Source of the DNA: Dehalococcoidia bacterium
Lineage (GTDB): Bacteria; Chloroflexota; Dehalococcoidia; DSTF01; RBG-16-68-14
Assembly: GCA_040882355.1 (NCBI GenBank)
Contig: JBBEBM010000028.1
Location: forward strand, 1 to 34,074
Length of the DNA: 34,074 bases
Reading direction: 5' to 3'
The notes beneath the pieces are model-generated. The model had not been told where the DNA came from. It did no database searches and saw nothing but the letters and a program-made list of their open reading frames with translations. Both the position numbers and the translations under genes were made by a program. Below, one piece after another: positions 11,674 through 22,181 of this stretch (within the stretch, counting starts at the first letter, position 1; every line of letters begins with the position of its first letter).

Positions 11674-12716
11674 ACGCGCGCCTCGACGGCCTGGCCCAGG
11701 GAGTGCAGCGTTTCGTCGTAGGGGCCCCTCACAACGCCTCGCTCGGTCAAGATCGCTGCGATCAGACGGTGCGGCGTCACGTCGAAGGCCGGGTTAGCTG
11801 CGCTGACACCCTCCGGCGCGCCAAGCGCCAGCACTTCGTCCGGAGAGCGCTCCTCGATCGGGATGTCGTCGCCGGACGCGAGCGAGCGATCGATGCTGCT
11901 CGTCGGCGCGGCGACGTAGAACGGCAGGCGGTGCTCGCGGGCGAGGAGCGCCAGTGGGTAGGTACCGATCTTGTTCGCCGTGTCGCCATTCGCGGCGACG
12001 CGGTCCGCTCCCACGATGACGAGGTCGATCGCGCCCCGGCGCATCAACGCGCCCGCCGCGCCATCGACGATCAGCGTGCACTCGATGCCGTCGCGCGCCA
12101 GCTCCCAAGCGGTGAGGCGGGCGCCCTGGCGGAGCGGGCGGGTCTCGGTCGCGACGACGCGCACGCGCTTGCCCTGCTCGATAGCGGCCCGCACGACGCC
12201 CAGCGCCGTGCCGTAGCCAGCGGTGGCGAGAGCGCCGGCGTTGCAGTGGGTGAGGACGGTCGCGTTCTCGGGCACGAGCTCCGCGCCCAGACGGCCGAGA
12301 CGTTGGTTCGCCTCGATATCCTCCCTGCGAATGCGCTGGGCCTCGTCCAGCACCGCGTCACGAAGCTCGTCGACGCTCGATGCGCGTTCGGCGGTTGCCA
12401 GCACGCGCTCCAGCGCCCACGAGAGGTTCACCGCGGTGGGTCGCGTCGAGGCGAGCTCACGGGCGGCCGCGCGTAGCTCGGCCAGCAGGGCATCGTGGTC
12501 CGTGGCCTCGCTCGCGAGGGCTGCCAGCGCGAGCCCGTAGGCTGCCGCGACGCCGATCGCCGGGGCGCCGCGCACCCGCATCGAGCGGATCGCCTCGGCG
12601 ACTTCGCGGTGGTCGGTCAACGACAGCCAGAGCTCGTCGCGGGGCAGTAGCGTCTGGTCGAGCAGCCGGAGCTGCCCGTCGGACCACACAATCGGCTCTA
12701 TGGACATCTGTTCCAT
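11670..12716 (-). CDS. mtnA: Methylthioribose-1-phosphate isomerase
   Basis: [55 protein letters not shown]. Confidence 0.97.
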   Translation of the reverse strand: MEQMSIEPIVWSDGQLRLLDQTLLPRDELWLSLTDHREVAEAIRSMRVRGAPAIGVAAAYGLALAALASEATDHDALLAELRAAARELASTRPTAVNLSWALERVLATAERASSVDELRDAVLDEAQRIRREDIEANQRLGRLGAELVPENATVLTHCNAGALATAGYGTALGVVRAAIEQGKRVRVVATETRPLRQGARLTAWELARDGIECTLIVDGAAGALMRRGAIDLVIVGADRVAANGDTANKIGTYPLALLAREHRLPFYVAAPTSSIDRSLASGDDIPIEERSPDEVLALGAPEGVSAANPAFDVTPHRLIAAILTERGVVRGPYDETLHSLGQAVEARV

Positions 12717-12725
12717 TCTCTAGAC

Positions 12726-12760
12726 AAAAATACGACTTCTCAGTGGTGTGAGAAGTCGTG
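12726..12760 (-). terminator. Intrinsic terminator of SAM-I expression platform
   Basis: Minus strand cacgacttctca-caccac-tgagaagtcgta then ttttt. Confidence 0.9.
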
Positions 12761-12770
12761 CGCGAAACCG

Positions 12771-12881
12771 CACTCTCATCTGTCCCCAGGTCTGGGGTCG
12801 GAGTTGGCACCGCGTCCGCATTTGGCGGACCGGTTGCCGGGCTTCTTCGGGCCGTTCCCTCCACCACTCTGGATAAGAGTG
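12771..12881 (-). ncRNA. SAM-I riboswitch (S-box)
   Basis: Minus strand cactcttatccagagtggtggagggaacggcccgaagaagcccggcaacc...ggtgccaactcc...gatgagagtg; P1 cactcttatc/gatgagagtg; upstream of Met/SAM genes. Confidence 0.96.
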
Positions 12882-12906
12882 AAACCGTATTCAGTTGTCG
12901 AATAAA

Positions 12907-12935
12907 AGTGTACGTTACCACTCTGGTCAGGTCAA
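12907..12935 (-). promoter_or_regulatory. sigma70-type promoter of SAM operon
   Basis: TTGACC-17 bp-TACACT about 25 bp upstream of riboswitch. Confidence 0.8.
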
Positions 12936-12983
12936 GTGGGGCGACCCTGTACGGGTTGGGCGGGCGCTCGTATACTGCGGTTG

Positions 12984-13376
12984 ATGGCGAACCTAGACGA
13001 CCCGATGGCCCGCAAGGCCCAGGCCGATCTGCTGCTGGAGCGGGCCGCTCTCCAGCTCAAGCAGCTTCTGGAGGAAGCGGCGGCTCAGCTTCGGCCGTTC
13101 CCGCCCTTCCCCGGCGCCTTTTTCACGAACGCCATCGAGGTGGAGTCTGAGGCGGCGGAGAGCCCCGAGCGAGGCTGCGTCGTCGTCTGCGAGGACGGCG
13201 AGCTCTACGAGCTCAAGATGAGCATCAGCTTCACGGACGACGCTTCGGACCCCGTCTCTGCCCGGGACGAGACCCTCGGCAAGCTCGACGACCTCCACCC
13301 CCGCGACTACCTGGTTCTGGCCTACGAGGCGCTCACCCGCCTTACCGAGCACCTGATGGAGCGCGCCGAGCGGTGA
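12984..13376 (+). CDS. Hypothetical protein, likely leaderless (start MANLDD)
   Basis: Genome-typical codon usage; TATACT 7 nt before ATG; GTGA overlap with next ORF. Confidence 0.8.
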   Translation: MANLDDPMARKAQADLLLERAALQLKQLLEEAAAQLRPFPPFPGAFFTNAIEVESEAAESPERGCVVVCEDGELYELKMSISFTDDASDPVSARDETLGKLDDLHPRDYLVLAYEALTRLTEHLMERAER

Positions 13377-13786
13377 GCCGCCCCGATCCGTCGCCGGGCG
13401 GCTGGCAGCGCCGGCTGCTGGGCGGCCCCGATTCCTGGCGGCGCATCGTGTTGGGCGGCGTCGGCGCGGGCCTGGCGCTCGCCTTCTTCGCCGCGGTCGT
13501 CGCGATTGTGGTCAACGAGAGCGGCAGCAGTTCGCTCGATCCGGCGGCCACGCCCGGCTTGCCCGTCGCAGCGCCCGCTGACGGCAACGATGCGCCTGAA
13601 GCGCCGCCTGCGCAGGACGAGGGCCCGGTCGCCACGGAGCCGCCGGACGAGCCGCCGCCCACCGAGGCGCCTCAGGCCACCGAACTGCCCGCTCAGGCTC
13701 CCACCGCCACGCAACCGCCGCCTCCACCCACCTCGACGCCGCCCGCACCGCCGACCCAGCCTGGGCCAACGGCCGCGGGCGGCTGA
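13373..13786 (+). CDS. Single-TM protein with Pro/Thr-rich tail
   Basis: Hydrophobic IVLGGVGAGLALAFFAAVVAIVV then low-complexity P/A/T/E region. Confidence 0.7.
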   Translation: MSRPDPSPGGWQRRLLGGPDSWRRIVLGGVGAGLALAFFAAVVAIVVNESGSSSLDPAATPGLPVAAPADGNDAPEAPPAQDEGPVATEPPDEPPPTEAPQATELPAQAPTATQPPPPPTSTPPAPPTQPGPTAAGG

Positions 13787-13797
13787 TCTCCTCATTC

Positions 13798-13912
13798 GAA
13801 GGACAGCCTTCAGCCTGTCGCGTGCCCTTCGTCATGCTGAGCGTGTCGGACGCATAGGCTTAGGTTGTGCTCAGAAGGGCGCTCCAGGACAGAGCTGAAG
13901 CTCTGTCCCTAC
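13798..13912. repeat. Composite REP cluster (inverted REP pair with nested second-family repeat)
   Basis: gaaggacagccttcagcctgtc at 13798-13819; gtcatgctgagcgtgtcggacgcat at 13831-13855; reverse complement of gtagggacagagcttcagctctgtcc at 13887-13912. Confidence 0.75.
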
Positions 13913-13921
13913 ATCCGTAAT

Positions 13922-14551
13922 CTACATCCACGGCAAGCGCCCCTTCGCGCCGAACTCTGCGTTGAGGGCGCCGACGACCTCCTCGAACGTGGCTCTTGCT
14001 GCTGCGGGGCGCATCTTTGGGCCGCGCAGGCCGGTGCGTTTCGCCCAGCGCTGCCACGTCTCGAGCTGCTTGGCGTGGGCGCCCCGTTCGGTGTGCACCT
14101 CCTCGCCGTGGGCGAGGAGGCGTCGTTCCAGCTCACGCGCTGTCTCGCCCGGCGAGTCCTTGCGACGCTCGCCGGTCCAGGGCACGTCGTCGGTGCGGAG
14201 GGCGCCCTCTGCCGTCACGCGTTCGAGCAATGCCAGCGCGGCGCGTGCGAGGCCATCGAGCTGCCACGGCTCGCGCGAGGTAGCGATGCCGTAGAGCGCG
14301 GGCCAGAGGCGGCGGTGGACGTAGGTCAGCTTGCCGGAGATGAGCCGCGCGACGGCGACGCTCGGGTGCTCGCGCATCGGGTGGGTGACGTTGTAGATGT
14401 CGTGGCTGCGCGGGTGGGCCCACCACGAGCCGCGCACCGGCTCACCCGCGACGATCCCCGATAGGCTGGGCAGCGTCGCGTCGTGCTCGACCAGGACGCC
14501 GTAGCGCTCGATCGCGGCGAAGACGCGCGGGACGTCGCGCGACGCGCTCAC
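13922..14551 (-). CDS. Conserved hypothetical protein, possibly winged-helix/AlkZ-related
   Basis: [16 protein letters not shown]...[17 protein letters not shown] at 14551 overlaps moaC stop. Confidence 0.72.
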   Translation of the reverse strand: MSASRDVPRVFAAIERYGVLVEHDATLPSLSGIVAGEPVRGSWWAHPRSHDIYNVTHPMREHPSVAVARLISGKLTYVHRRLWPALYGIATSREPWQLDGLARAALALLERVTAEGALRTDDVPWTGERRKDSPGETARELERRLLAHGEEVHTERGAHAKQLETWQRWAKRTGLRGPKMRPAAARATFEEVVGALNAEFGAKGRLPWM

Positions 14552-15027
14552 TCGAGGACGATGGCGCCGCTCTTGCCGCCGCGTTTGCGCGCCAGCCGGA
14601 CGCCTTCGATGCGCATGCCGCGGTCGACGGCCTTGCACATGTCGTAGACGGTGAGCGCGGCGACGCTTACTGCCGTCAGCGCCTCCATCTCGACGCCGGT
14701 CTTGCCCGTGGTGCGCACCGTCGCCTCGATCTGCAGGGCGCTCTCTTGCTCGTCCGGCGTAATCGAGACGTCGATGTCGGTGAGCAGGAGTGGGTGGCAG
14801 AGCGGGATCAGCTCGTGGGTGCGCTTGGCGGCCATGATGCCCGCCAGCCGCGCCACGGCGAGCACGTCGCCCTTCGCCACGCCGCCCGACTGGACCAGCG
14901 CGAGCGTCTCCGGCTCCATGCGGACGCTGCCGCGCGCGACCGCCTCGCGCCTGGTGTTCGCCTTGCGCGAGACGTCGACCATTCGCGCGCGCCCGGCGGA
15001 GTCGAGGTGAGAGAGACGCTTGGCCAT
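14548..15027 (-). CDS. moaC: Cyclic pyranopterin monophosphate synthase
   Basis: [42 protein letters not shown]. Confidence 0.98.
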   Translation of the reverse strand: MAKRLSHLDSAGRARMVDVSRKANTRREAVARGSVRMEPETLALVQSGGVAKGDVLAVARLAGIMAAKRTHELIPLCHPLLLTDIDVSITPDEQESALQIEATVRTTGKTGVEMEALTAVSVAALTVYDMCKAVDRGMRIEGVRLARKRGGKSGAIVLE

Positions 15028-15032
15028 GCGAC

Positions 15033-15260
15033 TTAGGCCGTCAGCGACCGCACGGCCAGGATGTCAGACTCGCTAACCTTCCGCACGTCCTGAGTCGAAA
15101 GCGAGACCACCGCCTGCGTCTCTCCTGACGCCGCGACGAACTCAACCTCCAGGCCGTCCGGCGGGTAAACCTCCACGACCGTGCCGAGATCACCCTGACG
15201 CAGCCCGAGTTCGACCAAGTCTCGCGTCAGTACGATGCACTCCAGGATGTCGAACGTCAT
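15033..15260 (-). CDS. DUF4926-like small protein (putative antitoxin/immunity)
   Basis: [21 protein letters not shown]...[18 protein letters not shown] overlap with upstream gene. Confidence 0.85.
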   Translation of the reverse strand: MTFDILECIVLTRDLVELGLRQGDLGTVVEVYPPDGLEVEFVAASGETQAVVSLSTQDVRKVSESDILAVRSLTA

Positions 15261-15598
15261 GCTGTTCTCCCTGGGTAGGCAGTCACGAATCGTGGGTGAT
15301 CCTCGGCGTGCCGGATTACCCAAATAGAAACCAGGACGCTTGTTGAGTTCTCCGGACCGGTGAGCGGGCCGATGATCGTGAACTTCCTCCCGTATCTGGA
15401 CGGCTCAGCTTCTTCAGCGTCCAACGCAAGGTGCTGCGTCCGGAGATCCGCGTCGAGCTGTGCCCAGTCTGCTTCAGTATAGCCCAGCCGCGCAAAGAAG
15501 GCCGCCTTGAATCGACCGACTGGATGCCGTGGAGAGAGCAGGTAATCGCGTAGCTTCTCAGGCGCTATGACGGCTTGGTCTGCGTTTGGCAGCTTCAT
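15257..15598 (-). CDS. DUF6883-like protein (putative toxin)
   Basis: KLPNA..AVI.PEKLRDYLL...HPVGRFKA.FF..LGY, YGRKF, PRFVTAYP. Confidence 0.85.
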   Translation of the reverse strand: MKLPNADQAVIAPEKLRDYLLSPRHPVGRFKAAFFARLGYTEADWAQLDADLRTQHLALDAEEAEPSRYGRKFTIIGPLTGPENSTSVLVSIWVIRHAEDHPRFVTAYPGRTA

Positions 15599-15619
15599 GG
15601 CCGTATAATCGCGCCCTTC

Positions 15620-16564
15620 CTACAGCCGCGCCACCAGGCTGACCACGTACTCGTCCAGGCGCGCCCGGATGAGCGACGGTGTCAGGTGGCGCAGGCCGGC
15701 GTCGAGCCAACCGGGAAAGATGTCGCGTTCGCCCAGCGAGCCCATGTCCATCACCGAAACGAGGTCCCAATAAGCCTGGCCGTCGTCCACGACGCGCAGG
15801 GACCGGCACGCCGTGAGGAAACGGTCTGCCGCCTCGACCCCATGGAGCCGTACCAGGTTCGCCCGGCAGTGCGCGACATCGTTGCCGGGCGGGCCCCAAG
15901 AAGCGTTGATCCAGTCGACGACGCCGGTCAGCCGCCCGCGCGACCAGAGGACGTTGCCCGGATGGTAGTCGCGGTGGATGAAGCGGTCCGCCTTCTCGGG
16001 CGGCGGGCCGTTCACGATGTCGAGCGCTCGGGCCCACGCTTTCGGCTGCGTGGACCACGGAGGCGGCTCGACCTTCGTCATGTCGTAGTAGGGCGCGTAC
16101 GGCTGCACCAAGCGCGCCGCCCTGCTGTCGACCGCATGAATCGCGGGAAGCGCCTCGGCCATCTGGCGCAGCCACGGGTCGAGGTCGGCCGGGGCGAAGA
16201 CGACGCGACCGGGCAGGCGGCTCATGAGCACGGCCGGCGCGTCGCACGCATTGCCTTCCGCGTCGACGGCGACCAGCTCCGGCGCGGGCACATCGCTGCC
16301 AGCGAGCAGTTCGAGTACCCGAGCCTCGCGCTCGGGCGTGTCCGGCTCGCGGGCGAACCACCCGTCCCGGTCGAAGCGGCGCAGCACCAGCCGGTGCGTC
16401 GCGCCCCGTCGGTCGACGGCGTTGACGGCGTGGATCGCCGTGGACGAGCCGCCGCGCAGCCGCTGTACTGACGTGACGTGGGCCCCGACTCCCACCGCGC
16501 GCTCGACCCAGCGCAACGCCTCCGGCGGCGGGCGGCGGCGCATGAACGACTCGAGCGCGGGCAC
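15620..16564 (-). CDS. Aminoglycoside phosphotransferase/choline kinase-like protein
   Basis: HRDYHPGNVL, VVDW, RLRGG P-loop. Confidence 0.9.
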   Translation of the reverse strand: MPALESFMRRRPPPEALRWVERAVGVGAHVTSVQRLRGGSSTAIHAVNAVDRRGATHRLVLRRFDRDGWFAREPDTPEREARVLELLAGSDVPAPELVAVDAEGNACDAPAVLMSRLPGRVVFAPADLDPWLRQMAEALPAIHAVDSRAARLVQPYAPYYDMTKVEPPPWSTQPKAWARALDIVNGPPPEKADRFIHRDYHPGNVLWSRGRLTGVVDWINASWGPPGNDVAHCRANLVRLHGVEAADRFLTACRSLRVVDDGQAYWDLVSVMDMGSLGERDIFPGWLDAGLRHLTPSLIRARLDEYVVSLVARL

Positions 16565-16571
16565 GGGCGGC

Positions 16572-17039
16572 TCAGTCGATCAGCCGCAGCTCGTGCTCGA
16601 TGACGTGCGAGAGGTCGGCGCTGAGGCGGAACGTGCCCTCGAATCGACGCCCGGCGAGCAGATGGGGCACCCAGATCGCGTCGTCGGGCCACATGCGATC
16701 GTAGGGCAGGGCGTCCTCGGCGTGCCACCCGAGCTGGCCCTCATCGCTCGGCTGGAGGGCGCCCTCGAAGGTGCGGGTCGAGAAGACATGAACGGTGTAG
16801 TCCGGCTCCGGCGCCTCGCCGAAGTAGAACGTTAGCGTGCCGTGCTCGAGCAGGTCGCGCACGGCCAGGCCCGTCTCCTCGCGCATCTCGCGCACCGTCG
16901 CCTGTTCGGGCGACTCGCCGTCCTCGATCTTGCCGCCCGGCCCGTTCCAGAGCCCGCCGCCGAAGCGCCCCTCGGCTTTGAGCTGGAGCAGCACGTGGCC
17001 GTCGCGGCGCAGGTAGCAGATGGTGCCAATGGTCGTCAT
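16572..17039 (-). CDS. Nudix hydrolase, MTH1/8-oxo-dGTPase-like
   Basis: WNGPGGKIEDGESPEQATVREMREETGL; LPYDRMWPDD. Confidence 0.92.
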   Translation of the reverse strand: MTTIGTICYLRRDGHVLLQLKAEGRFGGGLWNGPGGKIEDGESPEQATVREMREETGLAVRDLLEHGTLTFYFGEAPEPDYTVHVFSTRTFEGALQPSDEGQLGWHAEDALPYDRMWPDDAIWVPHLLAGRRFEGTFRLSADLSHVIEHELRLID

Positions 17040-17086
17040 GACGAGGCCATCCTAGCACGAGGCGAGCGCGGGTCGGACGGCCTGGT

Positions 17087-18179
<1,093 letters not shown>

Positions 18180-18190
<11 letters not shown>

Positions 18191-18782
18191 GGAGCATCCT
18201 CTCCAGCACGACCCGCGCCTTGCGCGCCGCGACGCCTCGATGGCTGATCGCGTGCTTCTCGCCGGGCGGTAGCTCGGCGGTGGTCAGGCCGCGCTCAGGT
18301 AGCAGGAACACCGGGTCGTAGCCGAAGCCGTTCGCCCCGCGCGGCTCGCGCGCGATGCGACCTTCCACCGTACCCTCGGTCAACTCCACTGGTCCGCCCG
18401 GCTCCGCGATGGCGATCACCGCGCGAAAGCGGGCGCTTCGCTGCTCGTCCGGCACGTCGCTCAACTCCTGCAGCAACGTTTGCACTCGCTCCTCGTCCGT
18501 TCTGTCCGGGCCGGCATATCGGGCGGAAAAGATACCTGGGCGACCGCCCAGGGCATCTACCTCCAGTCCGGAGTCATCGGCCAGCGTCACCAAGCCGCTG
18601 GCCTGCGCATACGCTTCGGCCTTTATTCTCGCATTCTCCGAGTAGGTCTGTCCACTCTCCTCGACCTCTAGGTTCAGCCCAAGCTCCGCCGGCGTGACAA
18701 GCTCCCAGCCGCAGCCATCGAGGAGCTGCCGGAACTCGGCGACCTTGCCCGGATTGTTCGTCGCGATGAGGAGGCGAGGCAT
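18180..18782 (-). CDS. rdgB: XTP/dITP diphosphatase (HAM1 family)
   Basis: ATNNPGK, ADDSGLEVDAL, SARYAG, GFGYDPVF, KHAISHR. Confidence 0.97.
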
Positions 18783-18828
18783 GCCCCATCAGGATAGCCG
18801 CGCCTCCTCCTAGGGTCGATGGCCTGCG

Positions 18829-19152
18829 CTATGGGAGCGTGTCGAAGGCGGGCTTGGTCGGCGGTTCGAGCAGGCCGTGGTCCCTCAGGGCGGCGACTAG
18901 CTTTTCCATCGCCGCGAAGTTTACGCCGAGCAGGGCCACGGCGATGTAGAGCGCGAACCGCTCCTGCTCGCCGCCGCCGTGCTCTCGCAGGAACGCCTCG
19001 ATGCGCGGCTCCTGCCCCGCGACGAGGCGCTTCACCAGATCGTCCGCGGGCGCGCCCTCGCGCGTCGCCTCGGCCTGCGCCAGCCAGGCCCAGAAGCTCC
19101 CGGCCAGCGTTTCCCAGTCCAGTCCTTCCTCGAGGAGAAATGCCTTCGGCAT
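18829..19152 (-). CDS. Hypothetical protein
   Basis: RBS gggagg; typical codon usage; follows CBS gene. Confidence 0.7.
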   Translation of the reverse strand: MPKAFLLEEGLDWETLAGSFWAWLAQAEATREGAPADDLVKRLVAGQEPRIEAFLREHGGGEQERFALYIAVALLGVNFAAMEKLVAALRDHGLLEPPTKPAFDTLP

Positions 19153-19172
19153 GTAAGTACCCTCCCGTGCGT

Positions 19173-19601
19173 CTAACGCACCTTGTGGCTGTACTTGCCG
19201 GCGACTGCCAGGAACGCGTCCAGGTAGTGTTTCACGTCAACCGCCACGTCGTCGAGCGAGATCATACCGATGACCCGCGTCCCGCGCTCGGTGACCGGCA
19301 ACCTGCGGTGGCCGCTGTTGCGCATCACGTCCACCGCTCGCTCCAAGTCCAGATCGGCGTCAACTGTCGCAGGATGGCGGTCCATGTAGTTGCCCACCTG
19401 CTGCCTCGCAGGGTCGCCGCCCAGCGCCATGCAGCGCACAGCCAGGTCGCGGTCCGTGATCACGCCTTCGACGAGATGATCGGTGGTTGCCACGACCAGA
19501 GTGCCAACGCTGTGTTCCCGCATGAGCTGCGCGGCATGCTGGCAGTCCGCGTTTGCCTCCACTTCGACGGCCTTCGTCGTCATGACATCTCGAACCTTCA
19601 T
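19173..19601 (-). CDS. CBS-domain pair protein (start revised to MKVRDVM)
   Basis: GVITDRDL, RRLPV, IGMISLDD; RBS aaggagg. Confidence 0.93.
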   Translation of the reverse strand: MKVRDVMTTKAVEVEANADCQHAAQLMREHSVGTLVVATTDHLVEGVITDRDLAVRCMALGGDPARQQVGNYMDRHPATVDADLDLERAVDVMRNSGHRRLPVTERGTRVIGMISLDDVAVDVKHYLDAFLAVAGKYSHKVR

Positions 19602-19748
19602 GGGTGCCTCCTTCCAGCACCTGGAAGGCACACTCTGGCCCTCGCGTGCTGCGAGTGCCGCACGGCCCGATTCCGCTGTGACCATCGGCTCTAGGCCGCC
19701 GTCCGGCACCCGGGTACGCTGGTGTTGCTTGTGAAAGGAGGCGCTTCT

Positions 19749-20219
19749 ATGGGATGCAAAGAAACGCTGGAGGGCTACCTGCGCGAGCAGAAGGTGCCCT
19801 TTCAGGTCCAGCATCATGCGATCGCCTACACCGCTCAGGAGATCGCGGCGCTGGAGCACGTGCCCGGCAACACGCTGGCGAAGGTCGTGATGGTGCTGGC
19901 CGACGGTGAGCTGGCGATGGTCGCGCTGCCCGCTCCGTCTCGAGTCGATCTCAGGAAAGTGGCGGCGGCCCTCGGGGCGAACGTGGCGCGCCTGGCTGAA
20001 GAGCGCGAGTTCGCCTCCGCTTTTCCGGACGGCGATCTGGGCGCGATGCCGCCCTTCGGCAACCTCTACGGCCTGACAATCTGCGTCGACCAGGCGCTGG
20101 CGGAGGACGAGACGATCGTCTTCAACGCGGGCACCCACACCGATACGATGAGCCTAAAGTACGCCGACTTCGCCCGCCTTGTGCAGCCCAAGGTGGCTGA
20201 CATTAGGGAAGAGGAGTAG
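19749..20219 (+). CDS. YbaK/EbsC-family aminoacyl-tRNA deacylase
   Basis: LAKVVMV, GAMPPFGNLYGL, FNAGTH; RBS aaaggagg before ATG 19749. Confidence 0.92.
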   Translation: MGCKETLEGYLREQKVPFQVQHHAIAYTAQEIAALEHVPGNTLAKVVMVLADGELAMVALPAPSRVDLRKVAAALGANVARLAEEREFASAFPDGDLGAMPPFGNLYGLTICVDQALAEDETIVFNAGTHTDTMSLKYADFARLVQPKVADIREEE

Positions 20220-20234
20220 GAGCGGCCCGCAGTT

Positions 20235-20323
20235 CTGTCAACGGACGACGTACGGACTAACGGATGGCCGAAGCTGAACCCCTCTTGAGCCATCCGTTAA
20301 TCCGTTCTCGCATCCGTTGACAG
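20235..20323. repeat. About 90-bp imperfect inverted repeat built of acgga/tccgt units
   Basis: ctgtcaacgga...acgga.taacggatggc pairs with gccatccgtta.tccgt...tccgttgacag. Confidence 0.85.
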
Positions 20324-20345
20324 GCGCGCTGCCGCGTCCTACCAT
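20317..20345 (+). promoter_or_regulatory. sigma70-type promoter for amidohydrolase
   Basis: TTGACA-17 bp-TACCAT; -35 lies in the right arm of the inverted repeat. Confidence 0.65.
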
Positions 20346-20377
20346 GCGCCTGCCCACAATGCGCAAGGAGGGTCTTC

Positions 20378-21718
20378 ATGGCGCGAGCGGCGTTCGTTGA
20401 TGTCACCGTCGTCCCGATGGATAGGGAGCGCCTGCTGGCGCACCAGACCGTGCTCATTCAGGACGGCCGGATAAGCGCCATGGGAGCTGCTGCCGAGGTC
20501 TCCGTTGCGGACGAAGCGGAGCGTATCGACGGGCGCGGCCGCTATCTGATGCCCGGCCTCGTGGACATGCACGTCCACTACAACGAGCCGAGCTACGCGG
20601 CGCTTTTCGTCGCGAACGGCGTCACGACCGTACGCAACATGTGGGGGTTCCCTCTCCATCTCCAGGCCCGCGGGCAGATCGGGCGCGGCGAAGGGTTCGG
20701 CCCGGCGATCTACACGTGCGGGCCGATCATGGACGGCTCGCCTCCGATCTGGCCCGGCAGCACGGTCATCGAAACGGCGGAGGAGGCGGAGCGTTCGGTC
20801 GCCGAGCAGAGGGAGCAGGGCTACGACTTCCTCAAGGTCTACAGCAACCTTACGCTCGATGCGTATGACGCGATCGCCGCCGCGGCGCGCAAGCACGGCA
20901 TGCGCGTGGTTGGCCACGTCTCGGACCGCGTCGGGCTGCGCCACGCGCTCGAGTCGGGCCAGGCATCGATCGAGCACCTCCAGGGCTATCTGCCAGCGCT
21001 CGTCCCTGGGGGCGCACCACCGCCGGCGGCTTCGACGTACACGGAGCGCATGATCCACGCTGGGGAGCGCGCCGACGAATCGAGAATCCCGACCGTCGTC
21101 GAGTGGACGTGTCGCGCGGGCGCCTGGAATTGCGTCACGCTGCTCGTGGGCCGCAAGCTGGCCGCCGCGCGGCTGTCCTTTGACGAGGAGCGGCTGCGTC
21201 CCGAGCTGCGTTTCCTGTCGCCCGAGTACATCGCGCGCTGGGACCCGAAGAACGACTTTCGCCAGCAGGACCAGGTCGACCCCGACCGGGCCGCGAACGC
21301 GTTCCAGAGGGCGGCCGGGCTGCGCAATCAGCTCGTGCGGGCACTTCGCGACGCCGGTGCCCGGCTCCTCCTGGGCACGGATACGCCCAACCCCTTCGTC
21401 ATCCCCGGCTTCGCAATCCACGAGGAGCTGCCGTTGCTCGTCGAAGCGGGCCTGACGCCCTACGAAGCGATTCGCGCCGGCACAAGCGACGCCGCCGAGT
21501 TCCTCGGGGCCGCGGACGAGTTCGGCACGATCGCCATTGGCCGCCGGGCGGACCTGATCCTGACCGACGCCAACCCGCTCGCCGACGTGACAAACGTCGC
21601 CCGGCGGTCGGGTGTGATGGTGCGCGGGCGCTGGCTGGCCGCTGCCGAACTGGACGCCATGCTGGAGGGCGTGGCGGATGCCGCCGCTGCGCCAACCGCG
21701 CCACACAGGCACGACTGA
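20378..21718 (+). CDS. Amidohydrolase family protein
   Basis: PGLVDMHVH, GVTTVRNM, KVYS, IEH, LGTD, GRRADL. Confidence 0.93.
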   Translation: MARAAFVDVTVVPMDRERLLAHQTVLIQDGRISAMGAAAEVSVADEAERIDGRGRYLMPGLVDMHVHYNEPSYAALFVANGVTTVRNMWGFPLHLQARGQIGRGEGFGPAIYTCGPIMDGSPPIWPGSTVIETAEEAERSVAEQREQGYDFLKVYSNLTLDAYDAIAAAARKHGMRVVGHVSDRVGLRHALESGQASIEHLQGYLPALVPGGAPPPAASTYTERMIHAGERADESRIPTVVEWTCRAGAWNCVTLLVGRKLAAARLSFDEERLRPELRFLSPEYIARWDPKNDFRQQDQVDPDRAANAFQRAAGLRNQLVRALRDAGARLLLGTDTPNPFVIPGFAIHEELPLLVEAGLTPYEAIRAGTSDAAEFLGAADEFGTIAIGRRADLILTDANPLADVTNVARRSGVMVRGRWLAAAELDAMLEGVADAAAAPTAPHRHD

Positions 21719-21739
21719 TGGGCCTAGACTGAGATTGCC

Positions 21740-22165
21740 ATGAACCCGCGATTGCTCGCAGGTGCACTCGTTGCGCCGATGGCCGGCCTGGCCACTGGCG
21801 TCTGGTCGGAGTTCGCCGATCTCGGCCCGCCCGTGCTGCTGGCGGTCGCCGTGCCAGCGATTGTGATCAGCCTGCTGTCGCTCGCCCGGCTCAGCGAGCG
21901 GTCTCGCCCGATCCCACTCATCCTCATGGGCGGGGCGATTGGCCTGCTGACGTTCGCGATCTCGGTCGGGCTGTATGTCGCTCTCCATTACGTGCGCGGT
22001 GGCGGCTTCGACATCAACGACGAGGAGTCAGGCGGGTCGGCGGCGGTCTTTTTCGCCGTCCACGTGGCCGTAGGCGCGATGGTGGGCGTCGGCGTCGGCG
22101 CCGCGATGGCGGTGCTGGTCGTAGTGGGCCGGGTACTCGGCCTGCGGCGGTCGAGCGTGGCGTAA
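21740..22165 (+). CDS. Small multi-TM membrane protein
   Basis: About four hydrophobic segments. Confidence 0.7.
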   Translation: MNPRLLAGALVAPMAGLATGVWSEFADLGPPVLLAVAVPAIVISLLSLARLSERSRPIPLILMGGAIGLLTFAISVGLYVALHYVRGGGFDINDEESGGSAAVFFAVHVAVGAMVGVGVGAAMAVLVVVGRVLGLRRSSVA

Positions 22166-22181
22166 ACGTTGGCACCGCCCG

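Noticed and set aside
12863..12927. 10-bp direct repeat accactctgg in riboswitch and promoter spacer
   Set aside because: Only two copies, one constrained by riboswitch consensus; probably chance
15620..16564. Aminoglycoside resistance gene call
   Set aside because: Only generic APH/choline-kinase motifs; substrate cannot be inferred
18480..18670. AT-richer patch inside rdgB
   Set aside because: Frame and motifs intact; cannot be distinguished from local variation without computation
19602..20138. N-terminal extension of the 321-aa CBS ORF
   Set aside because: Antisense to the YbaK gene; strong RBS at ATG 19601
20235..20323. CRISPR-like repeats
   Set aside because: Units are 5-11 bp and inverted, with no repeat-spacer periodicity; no cas genes in the window
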